A stretch of 64,000 bases of DNA, taken from contig NC_043019.1 of assembly GCF_006345805.1 (NCBI RefSeq), positions 24,055,360 through 24,119,359 of the forward strand, written 5' to 3'. This stretch comes from Octopus sinensis. Its lineage: Eukaryota. The notes under the pieces were generated by a model. It had not been told where the DNA came from. It did not search any database and was given only the letters and a program-made list of their open reading frames with translations. Every line of letters starts with the position of its first letter. Positions within the stretch are counted from its first letter, which is position 1. The position numbers and the translations under genes were made by a program. This document shows positions 11,573 through 25,329 of the stretch, in pieces.

Positions 11573-12860
11573 GGAAACAAAACAAACTAGCAGAAACGTT
11601 TGCACGCTGGCCGAATTCCTTAGCAAAACAAATATACAAATATAAAAAAAAATGATTAACCTTATATTTTCTTCCCTTGAACCCATGTCCAGCTTTCGTG
11701 TTTCTCAAAATCAAAATTAGCGGTATCGTTAAAAATGCATTTTGATCAATTTTGAAGAAACTCGGTGATCCTTTGAAATCGATAGCATAATTTTGTTTTA
11801 ATAAATTGTATTTGTGCTCATTCTTCTGTCCTCCATTCCTTCTTGTGTCTTGTACTGAAAGATCTCTGTATACTTTTATGTCTCGAAGGATCCTTTTCAG
11901 TCATCTTGCTTCATTGTTCATCATTCTGTTCGGTTTACACCAGTTGCTTTGTAGACATATTTTTTCAAATCCCATATTTTCTGCCACCGCTACACTTGCA
12001 GCCTTTATTAGTCTATTACTTTCGGTAATATGGTTTGTATGTATATACTTTACGATCCTATTTCCTCTTCCTGTTTGCTGCATCAGTTTCCATTGGCCCA
12101 CTTTCTTAAAGTCACATATCACTACAAAATATTTCGTCCTTACTAACTCCACTACTCGATCTACAATTCATTTTTCTTCATCTGTGAAGGCCGTGTCAGT
12201 TACCATTGATATCTGAGGCAGATTGATTTGTATTTCTTCTGCCATTTAAGGAGTTGTAATAGTCTTGGTTAGCTCTTCCTTATGAGCAATATTACGTTCT
12301 TCTGCATTATCATCGTCTTCGTATACTCTTCTCGGAATTATTTCCAGTTCTAAATTTTTTAACAAGCTTTTATTTCTTATTATTACCTGTTCGCATAATC
12401 GTTGTTCTCTTGTTGCTGCCATTTTCGGCACATCCTCCTCTTTACCCTCTTAATAATAATCCATTTTAGTAGCGCTCTACACTTACTTTTTTGATCCACT
12501 TTTTCTTCAGTTCGTAAGCTAACAGTCAAAGGTTGACAACCGGGCCCATCCTACTGCTCAATGAGACACCTGCTGGACACGGAACCTTCATCACTGATTC
12601 CAGTCACACTTACGCCGTAATCCATTATATTTCTTTCAGACATTTCTCTCATAGACGTTGTTTAAGTGGTGTCTTTCTGTGACATCATCGCTGGATGGAT
12701 TACCAACCAAAGCTCAGAGAGACTCCACATACCCTCTTAATGAGGTAGTTAAACCATGCAAGATCTCATACTGGTATTTCTGCTAATCCACTTGGTTTGT
12801 TTTCAAAGTTGTCCTTCTAGATTGTTACTGTCCACTGCTCACGAGCACAATCTACTCGGA
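10760..12860 (-). mobile_element. Second R4/Dong-type element, heavily deleted
   Basis: Minus peptides EQRLCEQVIIRNKSLLKNLELEIIPRR (N-terminal region), KAGHGFKGRKYKVNH, YYRRLKLILKTKLNG..INSWAIAHLRYG; interrupted by (ATT)n near 11505-11570. Confidence 0.7.
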
Positions 12861-15079
12861 TATTTTTTTCATAGTTTACTCCTCTAGAACTGCGTTATTA
12901 GCATTGACGAATCACACACACATTGAGAGGGTGTCAGTTTTTTTTCTCTTCGAGATGATTCGTGTAAGCACTATCAAGTGCTACAAAACAGAAATAATAA
13001 TATCTGGTACAAGTAGTCTTCTAATTATTTGTAAAAAAGAAGTTCTACAAAAGACAAAAGGTGAAAAGGTTATTATGTATCAGTACCAAGGAGAGAAAAA
13101 AAGCTTTAAAATGATCTAATTGATGCAGTTCATCATTCATGGTTATAGACATTACATTATGTATTTCCTTTCTTAAATCAAGTTCTAGGTGCAGTCAATA
13201 AACATACATACATGTGCCCATTTTCATCGAAGATGATATCCTAGTGCTTTTACATAAATGGCAACGTATCTTTCAAATAATGCCAGTTACAAATGGATTG
13301 ATATATATACACACCTTGACTGCCATATTTCTAATTTGAAGACCGAGTGCAACGGCATAGCTTTACATTTAGGTTTTACATTACATTATTTGGTATTAAT
13401 ATGCTCAAACATTAATACACTACTGTCATTTTTGTAATGAAAAATGGTATCAGGCTTATGCGCTATATGTCTTTATGCCAGTCGTTCAGAGCATTGTCAT
13501 ATAGTTATTTCTAGGATGGGTAAAATATCATATCAATTCTACACAGACTTTTCATGGATCTGTTGAAATTGGGTGTCTTGGGTATTGTAGAACGGCTTTG
13601 TTAAGTTGTTGTGTCTCAAAGCATATTTTGTCGGAACTTGTGGGGCCATCTTAATATAATCTGATGTATTGTTCCAGAAAATACATCACCCAGCGATAAT
13701 GTAGGAGTTGTCGCTGTCCATTTGTGCGTATCTAATGACCATGGCCTCCTTCTCATCGAGTAATGTTATCAATCCTGCCGTCTCGTTTAAGCAAGACTTC
13801 TTCATTCGGTTTCAGCGGCAACTAAAGACAATCTTTTGTAAAATTCATATATGGAATATCCAGTTTGCGGAAATATTAGCCATGTAAAGCTATGTCTTTA
13901 GGATTGCTCATCACGGTTGTATGTCCGCCTGTATTCCCACACATTATCGTCAGTGGGAATGTTTATTCGTTTAGGAAACGATGTTCTGTTTTCATGGATT
14001 GACAAACCCACAGACTATGGTCGTTTGGTATTCTCTAAAATCGTTTCTGGTGTTTTTATTCAATTTTTTCGCTGTTGATATTTCATTATGCTGGCATAAT
14101 GTCCAGTATCTAAAAGCTTCAACACCATCATGGTTGTAAACTTATTCTAGACTGTCAAAGACATTGTTGGAATTAATTATTCTCACTTCTACATTTTCTG
14201 AATATTTTTACTGAGCTCTGCTTCAATATACGCTTTTGGTAGTTTTTGGTGAGAATATTTTGATTCAGTAATGCCATCACGAAGCCATCACTCATAGCCT
14301 TCAGTTCTGTTCTACTTTGAAATGTATTAACCATGCCAGAGATCTGTGTAATATCGTTTAAGTATGGCAAACTTGTGAATTTGAATAGTTAATTTGAATA
14401 GTTATTACTATCGCGAATATTTCATAATTAGTGCTTATAAAACTTATGCACCGACATGATGGATAGCACGGTAAATTGAGAAATCCTTCAAGTTAATTAT
14501 CTTAGACATTATATGAATCAATTTGAGAAAGAAAAATAGGAACTAGCCTGCTGATGGGACTCAGGTCATGTGTAGTTTGTCACGAGAGTGCATTACCGAT
14601 TACCTTACAAAACACCTGTAATTATCACATTTCAAATAAAACAATAATGCTTTAACTAGGCTATACATACCTACCTTGTTTGATTATGATTCACCAGCTG
14701 CTACGTTCATATAAGATATGCTATTCAAGTAATATCACAAACATTGACCCGAGGTGGGCATCTTATCGTGTTAGACAACATGAAATACAGTATCAGGCTA
14801 GCGCCAAAAAATAGTTACGCTTTCCAAGCACCCACTGTCAGCCTCTGCACTTTGTCTGCCGCAAATTAATAACAGTAATGTTTATTAACATTTACCTTGG
14901 CATTTCTGTTGTTAACTTAAAAGTTGGCTACTGTTTATGAGTGATGCAATGGCCATTCAATAAAGTTTGGCGGTAGGACCCTTACTTTATTGTAAATCTG
15001 TTGGCAGTTTTTAGTGACATATATATACATACATACACACATAAATACATATAGACATGTGCGTGCGTGCGCGAGCGTA

Positions 15080-15174
<95 letters not shown>

Positions 15175-15197
15175 ATATGTATGTGTCTATAAGTTTA

Positions 15198-15272
<75 letters not shown>
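15080..15272. repeat. (ATCT)n plus (TA)n microsatellites
   Basis: Direct reading. Confidence 0.95.
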
Positions 15273-15274
<2 letters not shown>

Positions 15275-16179
15275 CTGCATACGTATAAATACATGCAAGG
15301 GTGCCTATATAATTGTGTGTGTGCATGCAGCGCTCCCTCTCCTTGAGGATGAAAGTCACAATTGCATTCATATGACTATCCTCTCATGCTATAATCTGCT
15401 CTCCACATTGCACACTGCCATGGCACTGTACACGTATAAGCTTATCTCACAAATACACCCAGGTCGCAGACCACATGCATTAATCTTATATATATATTTA
15501 TAGGTCTATATAGTCTGAACATATTATACACACTAGCACACAAGCATAACTTAGACTCACTCACGAACATACTTCCAATCTTACACATACATGTGCCAAC
15601 ACAATGACATATTCATAAGCTCAATTTATAGCAATACAAAATGCTATACCGAGACTGTTATATATTCAAATCCCTTACCACTATAACACGCAAACATACA
15701 CGGCATAGACTATGCATATTAATCCGATATACTCCTCCATAATAATACATTAACTTATTGTCTCACTCATGCGCACAAGTAGAACCAATACATTCGCGCT
15801 CGCACACACATAAACACAAACACTGATACACAAGCCATTTCACTCTCTCCCGCCGCTTACACATTTCTGCACTTAACATCCCCCGCATAAACACGCATGC
15901 ATGATCATATATATTCTCACCCCTCTCATACCCAGACAAGTCCATTACATACACTCATACATAGACAACACATTACATTACACTTTCATTCATTTCGCGC
16001 ACTCAAACAACTAAGGAGACTTTACATAGATGTTTCAGTGAGACTTACATTGACAAATAGGCGCAGAAATAAATGGGAGGACGTATGTGCGCATGTGTAT
16101 ATATATGTGTGTGTGTATTTATATATATATACACACACACACAAACACACACATATGCACGCACACAAACACAGACAGG

Positions 16180-16219
<40 letters not shown>

Positions 16220-16321
16220 AATATTAAAATAACGACTGGCAAATTTAGTATATTTTTAACTCCATGTTACATGTATTTTGTTATAGTATAGAAAATACAA
16301 CAACGGCAACAACAATAATGA

Positions 16322-16520
16322 TAGCTTCAAATTTTGACACAAGGCCAGTAATTTCGAGGAGAGAATAATCTGATTACATCGACCCCAGTGTTCAGCTGGT
16401 ACATCTTTTATCGACCCTGAAAGGATGAAAAGCAAAGTCGGCCTCGGCAGAATTTGAACCCAGAACGTAAAAAAGGACGAAATGTCGTTAAGCATTCTTC
16501 CTGGAGTGCTAATGATACTG
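16322..16520 (-). mobile_element. SINE family A copy
   Basis: ATCGACCCCAGTG..TTATCGACCCTGAAAGGATGAAAAGCAAAGTCGGCCTCGGCAGAATTTGAAC. Confidence 0.8.
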
Positions 16521-16527
16521 CCGTCTG

Positions 16528-16579
<52 letters not shown>

Positions 16580-16629
16580 TAATAATAATATAATAATAAT
16601 AATATAATAATAATAATAATAATAATAAA

Positions 16630-16950
16630 TGCAAAAAAGAAGTTATAGTACCTAGCATCTATGAAGAAACAAGAAAAGCTGTAAAAAAAATGAAATCCAA
16701 ACTAAAACTGGAACAGCAACGGATCATAATAAAACGATGACAAGAAAAGCCCCTACGTGGCAAATATAGGGTTAAGCTAAACAGAAAAGAAATAGACAAA
16801 AGAAAATCAGGACTCAAAGCAGAAACTAAAGGATTTTTAATTGCAGCACAAGATCAAAGCGTTCCCACTTGAAATTACCAAAAATATATAATGAAAAGAA
16901 ATACAATTAATTGCAGAATATGTGGTGATGGAGAAGAAACAATACATCAC
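16630..16950 (+). mobile_element. R4/Dong-type fragment (pre-zinc-finger region) following (AAT)n
   Basis: AET.GFLIAAQDQSVPT..YQKYIMK..NCRICGDGEETIHH; directly downstream of (AAT)n 16530-16628. Confidence 0.75.
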
Positions 16951-17782
16951 CATCCTCCTCTTCATATCAAGCTTGGTTTAATGAAGAATTTTGTGAAGGC
17001 CATGGACAAAAATGGCGCTGCCTTCCAACACTTGTGCACTCTGTTCCCAGCTCTGAGTTCTTCTAAGCCCAAGGAGGGCATCTTCATCGGACCTAGATTC
17101 GAGAGGTGCTGAAGGATAAGGACTTTGGGGAGCTTCTTACCTTAAAGGAACTGAGAGCATAGGAAACATTTAAGTCAGTCTGCCATGGCTTCTTTGGTAA
17201 CGCACGGGTACTAGATTACCAAGAGAGTATCGAGAAGTTGCTACAATCTTATGAAGACATGGGATGATGAATGTCACTCAAAATTCACTTTCTCCACTCC
17301 CACCTCAACTTCTTCCCTCTGGAGCTCGGAGCAGTGTGTGATGAGCATGTAGAAAGGTTCCACCAAGATATCACTAAGATGGAGAGCAACTACGAAGGCA
17401 AGTAAAACCCGAGCATGATGAGGGACTTTTGCTGGATGCGTCTTGCTTGATATCTGGGAGGCAAAGTAGACAAGCTCGTCCCAAAAAACTCACTTCTACT
17501 ATGATTTGTGTGTATTGTATTGTCCAAGTAATTTATTTCCATCAATGTTCTGTATCTATGCAGTTTTTTTTCTGTAATATGCCTTTGTAACAGATGAAAT
17601 AAACACACTATATTTTGAATTTATGAGCAGTATAATTACAATGTGATATATGAAAGCAAAATAACAAGAGGTTATAGAGCAAAACTGTTCAGGAAATTGA
17701 ATTCACCACATCAAAATTAGTAAAAAGAAACTCCTATTCACATCCTTGCTTCAGAGCAAAATAATTTTTTTGTAGATCAGTG
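16950..17782 (+). mobile_element. Chapaev3-like (CMC) DNA transposon, 3' part, decayed
   Basis: PPLHIKLGLMKNFVKAMDK..KEGIFIGP, MSLKIHFLHSHL, DEH.ERFHQDI, MM.DFCW; ends in CAGTG at 17778-17782. Superfamily name is from recalled motifs. Confidence 0.7.
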
Positions 17783-17879
17783 TTATCAATATATTTAAAA
17801 CCAATTAGAAAGTTTCTGTCTTTCACATCACACACAGCAGATAAATTGCAACAACAATTTAGAAATTACCAACTTTCTG

Positions 17880-18790
17880 TTGTAAGATCTTTCGTATACA
17901 GAGGCTGGGTAGAATTGCAAGGCTCTGTTGGGAATGTTCCAACTGTATCAAAGAAAGAAAATAACAAAACAAAATATTTTAAACGTTCGGGCACTATAAG
18001 GACATTGGAATTCATCGAACGGGTTCAAATCATTATCGATGACGATCCCGGAAAATCAATGACAATCATTACCAAAGAACTCCAGGTGTCGGAGAGCTGT
18101 TGTGCACGTGGAAATTTGATACTTGTCATATATACCGAGAAGAACTAAATTCAGACCTTCATATATACAGGAAAGCCGTTTGATCAGTGTCGTGTTTACT
18201 AAACAAGGTTAAAACTCTCCTGAATATGGCTTGCTTTGGTTCTTTGATGTGAAAAACTTACACTATGAATAAGTGCTTTAAAAAAGAAATGACATGTCTA
18301 TGTGCAGAGTCTTCTATTGTTCCCAAAGTGACGCAATGCACTAGCAACTGTCGGGGTTTCCAGAGTGGTGAGTTACGAAGGTCATGTCATGCTACTTCAT
18401 ATCTTTCCACAAGGTCTTACAATTAGTGCTGCTGGATACGTTTAGGGGCTGGAGACAGTTGTTAAGCTCTGCATGGATGAAGTGAATAGTGGAAGGCCAT
18501 ACTTATTTCAGCAAAATGTAGCACCTGTCAGACCATCTTTTCGATCACGTATCATCAAACTTGTTGCCTCCAAAGAAACCAGATTTAAATCCCGTGCAGG
18601 TTTATGGCGTTGTTGAAAGATAGACTAATTGACATTCTGAGAATTACATAGTTTCACTTAGAGCCATCATTGTCCAGGTGGACTTTGAAATAAATACGGA
18701 CCATTTAGTGGAATGTTGTCAACGATCTCGGTTCCACATCGAAGCAGTCATCGAAGCTGAGGGCAGATTCAGAGAATAGTATTATAAGAG
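17880..18790 (+). mobile_element. Tc1/mariner (maT-like) transposase relic
   Basis: KRSGTIRTLEFIERVQIIIDDDPGKSM; degenerate F.DEKNF, GHVM..HIFP, GRPYLFQQ and WPP.SPDLNP-like segments with frameshifts. Confidence 0.6.
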
Positions 18791-19049
18791 AGCATAATGA
18801 GAGCATGAACACAAATTGTTATTGAAATACAGCGACTTACTCAAGAACACAACACAGAGTCTGGTGCGAGAATCAAACTCGCAACCTCTTGACATTAAGC
18901 CCGATGCTCTAACCACACTTATGTGCCCCCACTATGTAAATATATGTGAGTGTGTGTGTGTGTGTGTGTTGTGTCTGTGTCTGTGTGTGTGCGTGCGTGC
19001 GTGTGCACGAGCGCGCGCATGAGTGAATTTATATATTAATGCAGCAAGT

Positions 19050-19225
19050 GGCCTGAATCGCTAGCATGCCGGATCAGCAGCATTGCTTCTGACTTATTAC
19101 ATTCAAATTACAAATTTTTGTCGGGAAAGAATCTGCTTCTTTTCTAATAAATTCTAGTCAAGTACTGGAATTGATGTAATCGATTTCACAGACCACTCAA
19201 AATTGCTTGCCTTACATCAAAGATA
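19050..19225 (+). mobile_element. SINE family A, degenerate
   Basis: GGCCTGAATCGCTAGCATGCCGG..TTCAAATT..AAGTACTGGAATTGATGTAATCGA. Confidence 0.55.
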
Positions 19226-19395
19226 GAAAAGATGGAGATGTTTATGCACACACATATGCGAACACAAATACAGGCACGCACGCATGCACGCGCACGTACA
19301 GGCACAAACACACACACACACACGTACAAAGTTTTAAAGTATAAACACATAAATATTTATATACAAATATATCCATGTATGTGATTTTGCGAACA

Positions 19396-19436
<41 letters not shown>

Positions 19437-19515
19437 TAAATATTAGGGAATATATCCAAATTTACAGGGAAAAAAAATCAGATTTAGGATTAAATCCAAT
19501 TTTATAGTAAAATAT

Positions 19516-19658
19516 TATAAAATATTATTTGAGACAAAACCACTATTTTGCAAAACAAACAAGGAAAGACTTAATCAATACATAAAATTTAATAATATTT
19601 ATGTATTGATTAAGTCTTTCCTTGTTTGTTTTGCAAAATAGTGGTTTTGTCTCAAATA

Positions 19659-19668
<10 letters not shown>
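19516..19668. repeat. Perfect palindrome, 71-bp arms, 11-nt loop, between (TA)n tracts
   Basis: 19516-19586 is the reverse complement of 19598-19668; left arm continues unpaired ~85 bp to (TA)n at ~19430. Confidence 0.92.
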
Positions 19669-19720
<52 letters not shown>

Positions 19721-19807
19721 TACGTTTAAATATTTGTTGTGCAAGATTTTTTATGTGAAGTCGTGTGTTGAAACAGATATTGTTATATTTCGGAATGGTC
19801 ATTTTGC

Positions 19808-19997
19808 CATTAATCTTAATCTTATTTCGGCCAGAGTTCTTTCGTCACACTCCTGTGACCGCATCAGTGGTCCTTTGTTTTCTTCTTTCTTATTTGTAAG
19901 GAGAGACACAAATAAGAAGGAAGAAAACAAAGGACCACTGATGCGGTCACAGGAGTGTGACGAAAGAACTCTGGCCGAAATAAGATTAAGATTAATG
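19808..19997. repeat. Palindrome, 90-bp arms, 10-nt loop, with degenerate hammerhead-like core on each arm
   Basis: One arm mismatch seen. Plus 19932-19976: GGACCA-CTGATGC-G-GTCAC/GTGAC-GAAAGAACTC-TGGCC. Nested in a 32-bp outer inverted repeat (19778-19809 / 20066-20097). Confidence 0.88.
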
Positions 19998-20105
19998 TAA
20001 ACAATAAATAACACTGAAGCAAAATAACACCAAATATATAGTGCGTGTGTTTTTATTGGCTAAACTGGCAAAATGACCATTCCGAAATATAACAATATAT
20101 ATATA

Positions 20106-21766
20106 CTATCAGAGTTACTCGGCGTTGCCCGAGTTACATACAATTGAAGAATTAAACTTTTCTGTTATATTTTCTGTAATGAACTGGAATGCCTATGTTT
20201 CGAATTTCATCAAAATTCCAGATGAGGGTTATTTCCCTCTTTACACACCCAAACAAAATTGTAATCGTGCTACATGTATCCCATATTACTGATTTTTATG
20301 CGCATATTCCAAAATTCCAGTCTTATAGAACCTGTTAAAAGGATTTTGCTCCTGAAAAATGGAGGCCATGAGCTCTAAAATGTGAGAGTTAATACCCCTA
20401 TTGGGGGTGGGCATCTTAATGTCAACCAGAGAAGTTGAATTGTTGAGAATCCTTTTAACTTGGGTCATATCTATTGTTTGAATTTCTTTGAAATAGGAAA
20501 TATATGTTCACTGGGTTTGTAAAAGAGAGCAAAGCTACAGGAAACCAAAAGACGAATGATCACAATAAGCAGTCAGCTACCCTACCTTAGTCGTTACCAC
20601 TCCCAATGTAGTATTTCTCACCATGCAGGTGACAGGCACAGCCGAAAGATGCATTACGAATCTATAGCAATTGGAAGGGTGTGACCCAACTGAAATAAAC
20701 ATTAACAACACTGTGACGTGAGGGCTAAGGAGAACTGAAAGTTGGAGTTTGCAAATGACCACTATACTGATACGTAACTGGACAGAATAAATATACAATC
20801 TATAAATGTCTTTGAATAACCAGTCACTCATCTGGGAAGGCCTTGAAATCAATGTTACCATGTGGGGACTATGTGTGACCCAGTGATAATAAAAAAACTG
20901 AAAGGAGATCGGCAATCAAATAACTTTACTCAACACTTTGCAACTGAATCAGTGGAGGCAAAGATGCCTCTCATTTACTTGACAATTTATGCAGCACATT
21001 GCAGAAATCACAATCTAAGTGTATATCAAAGTAAACTGTTACACTGTTTTAGCATTGAATTACAAATAATGCTCATCTTCTATGCTCGGATGACCCCACA
21101 GCTTCCAAGAGTACAACTATTCGTCTTTGCTTAGATAAAATGACAAAATTGTGGGTGTTAAGTCCCCATGAAGGGGTTTTTCTAGCTTGTAAGAAGATGA
21201 AATTTTATAAATATTACTTCATTTGTACATAATATCTATGGTTAAAATTTCATCAACAGCAAAAATATATGAATTGTCATGGGGGTTGTGGCCCTTATGC
21301 ATAGAATATAATTTCGTAAAGATCCATTCAGTACTTTTGACTTAGTTTTGGATCATAAAAGAAATGACTAAAATTTGGGATTTAAGGCCCCCATTAGGGT
21401 ATCTTAGAATTGTCATGTGAAGTGGAAACTTTGAGAATACTTCTTTATGTGTGTCAATTACCCATGGTTGAAATTTCATCAACATCGAAAATTTATGAAT
21501 TTCCATCCGGGGTTCTGCCCCCTTTAAGCCATCTGAAATTCAAACCAAACATATTGCATTATACTCGTCCTTATGCATTGAATCAAGTTTCAAATATCAT
21601 AAGGATCCATTCAGTGATTTTGGTCCATGAAATTGTATGAAACACACAGCATTACCCTTCTCCCTAAGGCTCGATTTTGTGTTCCAAATTTCATTATGAT
21701 CGGTGCAGCAGTTTTCGAATGTAATACACGAACACATAAAGACTTTGTCTTTGATATAATAAATAT
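20106..21766 (-). mobile_element. Non-autonomous Helitron-like element (~1.66 kb)
   Basis: Minus 3' end: hairpin CTCGG-CGTTGC-CCGAG (20118-20133) then ATAG|T; same loop and spacing as the 4638 element. The 5' end near 21766 is degenerate; internal AAATTTCATCAA repeats. Confidence 0.62.
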
Positions 21767-21825
21767 GAATGTACACATATACATAAATGTATATATGTAT
21801 ATTTGTGTGTATGTATATATATGTG

Positions 21826-22102
21826 TTTGTCGAACCGCTAAGTCATTTTATCGATCTCGTTTGTCGAACCGCTAAGTCATTTTGTCGATCATGTTTGGCG
21901 AAACGCTAAGCCATTTTATCGATATCATTTTTGGCGAACCGCTAAGTCATTTTCTCGATCTTGTTTAGCGAACAGCTAAGTCATTTTATCGATTTCGTTT
22001 GGCGAACCGTTAAGTCATTTTATTGGCCTTTTTTGTCGAACCGCTAGGTCAATTTATTGATCTCGTTTGTCGAACCGTTAAGTCATTTTATCGATCTCGT
22101 TT
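21826..22102. repeat. ~34-bp minisatellite, 8 units
   Basis: Unit TTTGTCGAACCGCTAAGTCATTTTATCGATCTCG; GAACCGCTAAG-like cores near 21832, 21866, 21900, 21936, 21970, 22004, 22038, 22072. Confidence 0.92.
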
Positions 22103-22334
22103 AACTGCAATCTGACTCATGGACATAACTATTGATGTTCTTATGAATACATTTGTTAACAGAGCGGGGCGAAGGCCGGGCGACCGCTGATATATATACA
22201 AACGAAATTCTGTCACATAGCAAGACGTTTAGAAACTGTATGTAGCATCTGAGTATGACATGAATTTTCAGTACCATTCCAGCTCATGCTCGTATGTGTG
22301 TCTCTGTGTGTACGCTTGAGTGCACGCGTGTGTA

Positions 22335-22335
22335 T

Positions 22336-22395
<60 letters not shown>
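22335..22395. repeat. (TG)n microsatellite
   Basis: Direct reading. Confidence 0.95.
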
Positions 22396-22398
<3 letters not shown>

Positions 22399-23166
22399 TT
22401 TCTATACCACCAACTTTCGTGTTCTCATAATTCTGTACTTATGCTTACTTTACGTCACACATATTGTTATGAGGAAGAGGATACTGTTCCATTGAGGAGC
22501 AAAGCTAGTTTTCGTCGTAAGAGAAGGATGTTACAAATGCAGTTTTGCTTGCGTATTGAAGAAAGTGTTGCGTCAAGTAGATTTGAATAATGGCATAATG
22601 GTTTAGTACAGGTTCAATATGAGTGTTTACTGGGAAAACTTACAAAGTAATCAGAACAAGAGGTCATTGACAATTTCAATGCTACCCACGAAAGATATAG
22701 GATTCTGATCTGGTCCGAACATTGAAAAAAAAAATTGCACGCGTAAAACACATTAAATTTACACTCATTGTAAATTTGTACATACTGTATTCCTACGCAC
22801 ATATATGCATGGGCTGAAGTTGACAGTTGTATAAGAGGAAAATAAATCACAATATACAATCCAAAAATACAAGTATTTTAAAAAATCAAAAACTATCGAC
22901 TATGGCTGGGAGATAAAAGCTTACTCAAAGTAATATTCCAGTATTTCTATGGTATATCCTTGTCACACGCTATGTTGTGCTGAAAATGTCTTCGAATTAT
23001 TTAAGTGTGCAAGTAGTTGTAGAACAATCAGCCATTTATGCATAATTAAGTGAGCAGGTAAATCAGTTGTACTTAGAACGGTATTTGTGGGTATATGCGT
23101 GTGTATGTGCGTGTGTGCATAATATATATCTCCTTCCCTCTCTCTCTCTCTCTAAATATAAATATA

Positions 23167-23235
<69 letters not shown>

Positions 23236-23569
23236 GCGCAAATATGGACATATGTATAAACATATGTATCTATGTATAAATATATATATACATTCACACG
23301 CACACACAACACATGCGCGGGTATACAAACATATATACATGCACATTTACGTACAAACATATATCCCTTACATCATCCTGTTATGCATCATAAGTTAAGT
23401 TTCCTGGGGTCACTCAGTGTTTCCTGTCTCTCAAAGTGAGGCACCCTCACCCAGACCACAACAGTCATTGTTGATGAGGACTCCAAATTGCGTCAAGTTA
23501 TTATGACCTCTGCAGCCTCCATAGCCTACTTGATGCCTTTCTTATATATACATACGTATACACGCATGT

Positions 23570-23582
23570 GAGTGCACATACA

Positions 23583-23616
<34 letters not shown>

Positions 23617-23680
23617 CATACATACATACATACATAATATATATATACATATATATTATATATATAATATATATATAAAC

Positions 23681-23765
<85 letters not shown>

Positions 23766-23984
23766 TATATATAATATACATATATATATAAATACAAAAT
23801 GGGACACGAACGCAAAGCATTCAGAAGACGATACAAAAAGCACGGACGGGTCATTCGAAGCCTTCAACCTTCAGTCAAGAACCGGATCATCCTCGCAATT
23901 TCGGCTGATTAATCTTGAGATTGCTCCAATCTGGCCAGCCCCAAGGAAACACTAAGCTAAGCGCATAGATCATTATATTGTATA

Positions 23985-24037
<53 letters not shown>

Positions 24038-24078
24038 AATATCTTTTTCTAATATATATATATATATATAATATATTA

Positions 24079-24109
<31 letters not shown>

Positions 24110-24415
24110 ATATATATATATATATTCATATATTTTGTGTGTTTGTGCTGTTGTCCCCTCACTTCAATCAGCATGGCCACAGTCAAATTACTGAAACAAG
24201 TAAAAGAATAAGAGTAGAACATATATAAAACGAGGGTGCTGAAAAGTTCCTGGCTTTAGGGGTATGGGGAACGGACTAGCTGGAAGTGAAACATTCNNNN
24301 NNNNNNNNNNNNNNNNNNNNNNNNNNNNNNNNNNNNNNNNNNNNNNNNNNNNNNNNNNNNNNNNNNNNNNNNNNNNNNNNNNNNNNNNNNNNNNNNTACA
24401 TATATATATTATACA

Positions 24416-24487
<72 letters not shown>

Positions 24488-24556
24488 ATATATATATATA
24501 TATATATAACATATATATATATATATACATATATGTATAATATATATATAATATAT

Positions 24557-24588
<32 letters not shown>

Positions 24589-24680
24589 ATATATATATAT
24601 ATAATACACACATATATATATACACACACAACACATATTATATATATATATATATACATACACACACACATATATAGCGA
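23570..24680. repeat. (TACA)n/(TA)n low-complexity field with short inserted repeat fragments and assembly gap
   Basis: TA tracts at 23640-23790, 23980-24130 and 24397-24660; non-TA islands at 23792-23970 and 24135-24296. Confidence 0.9.
24297..24396. other. Assembly gap (100 N)
   Basis: Run of n. Confidence 1.
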
Positions 24681-25329
24681 GGGAAAGGAAGAGAAGAGAG
24701 AAGAGAGAGCACATACACACATATGCATATATACATATATACATATGGGTGTGTACGTGTGTGTGTGCATGTATGTATATACACACTCACACAAACACAC
24801 GTATAATATTTCAATTCAAATGACAGTTAAAATGTAGGTAATAAGTAGCTTCCTAAAATTGTAATTCTTGTCAATAGACAAATATGTCTCAGTGTACATG
24901 AATTAAATTTCAGAATTGGTGATTTCTTTAAAGTATTGTTGATATTCTCCACAAAACTTTAAGTGAAAAGCGGTACATGTCCCATAAGTTGTCCCAGAAT
25001 AAATTCACATCTAATTTACCCCAAAAGAGTTGCAATGAGAATTGTAGTGTGTGTACATAGGGTGTTTAAGCTATTAAATATTCTAACATTAAAGTTTTTA
25101 AGATTCAACTTTATGTTCGGCTCTATAAATAATTAAGATATGACTATATGCATGTGTGCGTATATATGCATATGCGTATATATGCGTATGATATATATAT
25201 ATATATTATATATATATAATATATATTATATATATTATTATATATATAGTGTGTGTGTGTGTATACGTATATGTAATATATATGTGTGTGCGTGTGTGTG
25301 CGTATATAATATATATATATATATATATA

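Noticed and set aside
21826-22102. CRISPR-like array
   Set aside because: Units are contiguous with no unique spacers; eukaryotic context, no cas genes
23792-23970. Hammerhead in the TA-flanked island (GGCTGG/TCAGCC helix followed by GAAA on minus)
   Set aside because: No CUGANGA upstream and no helix III/NUH
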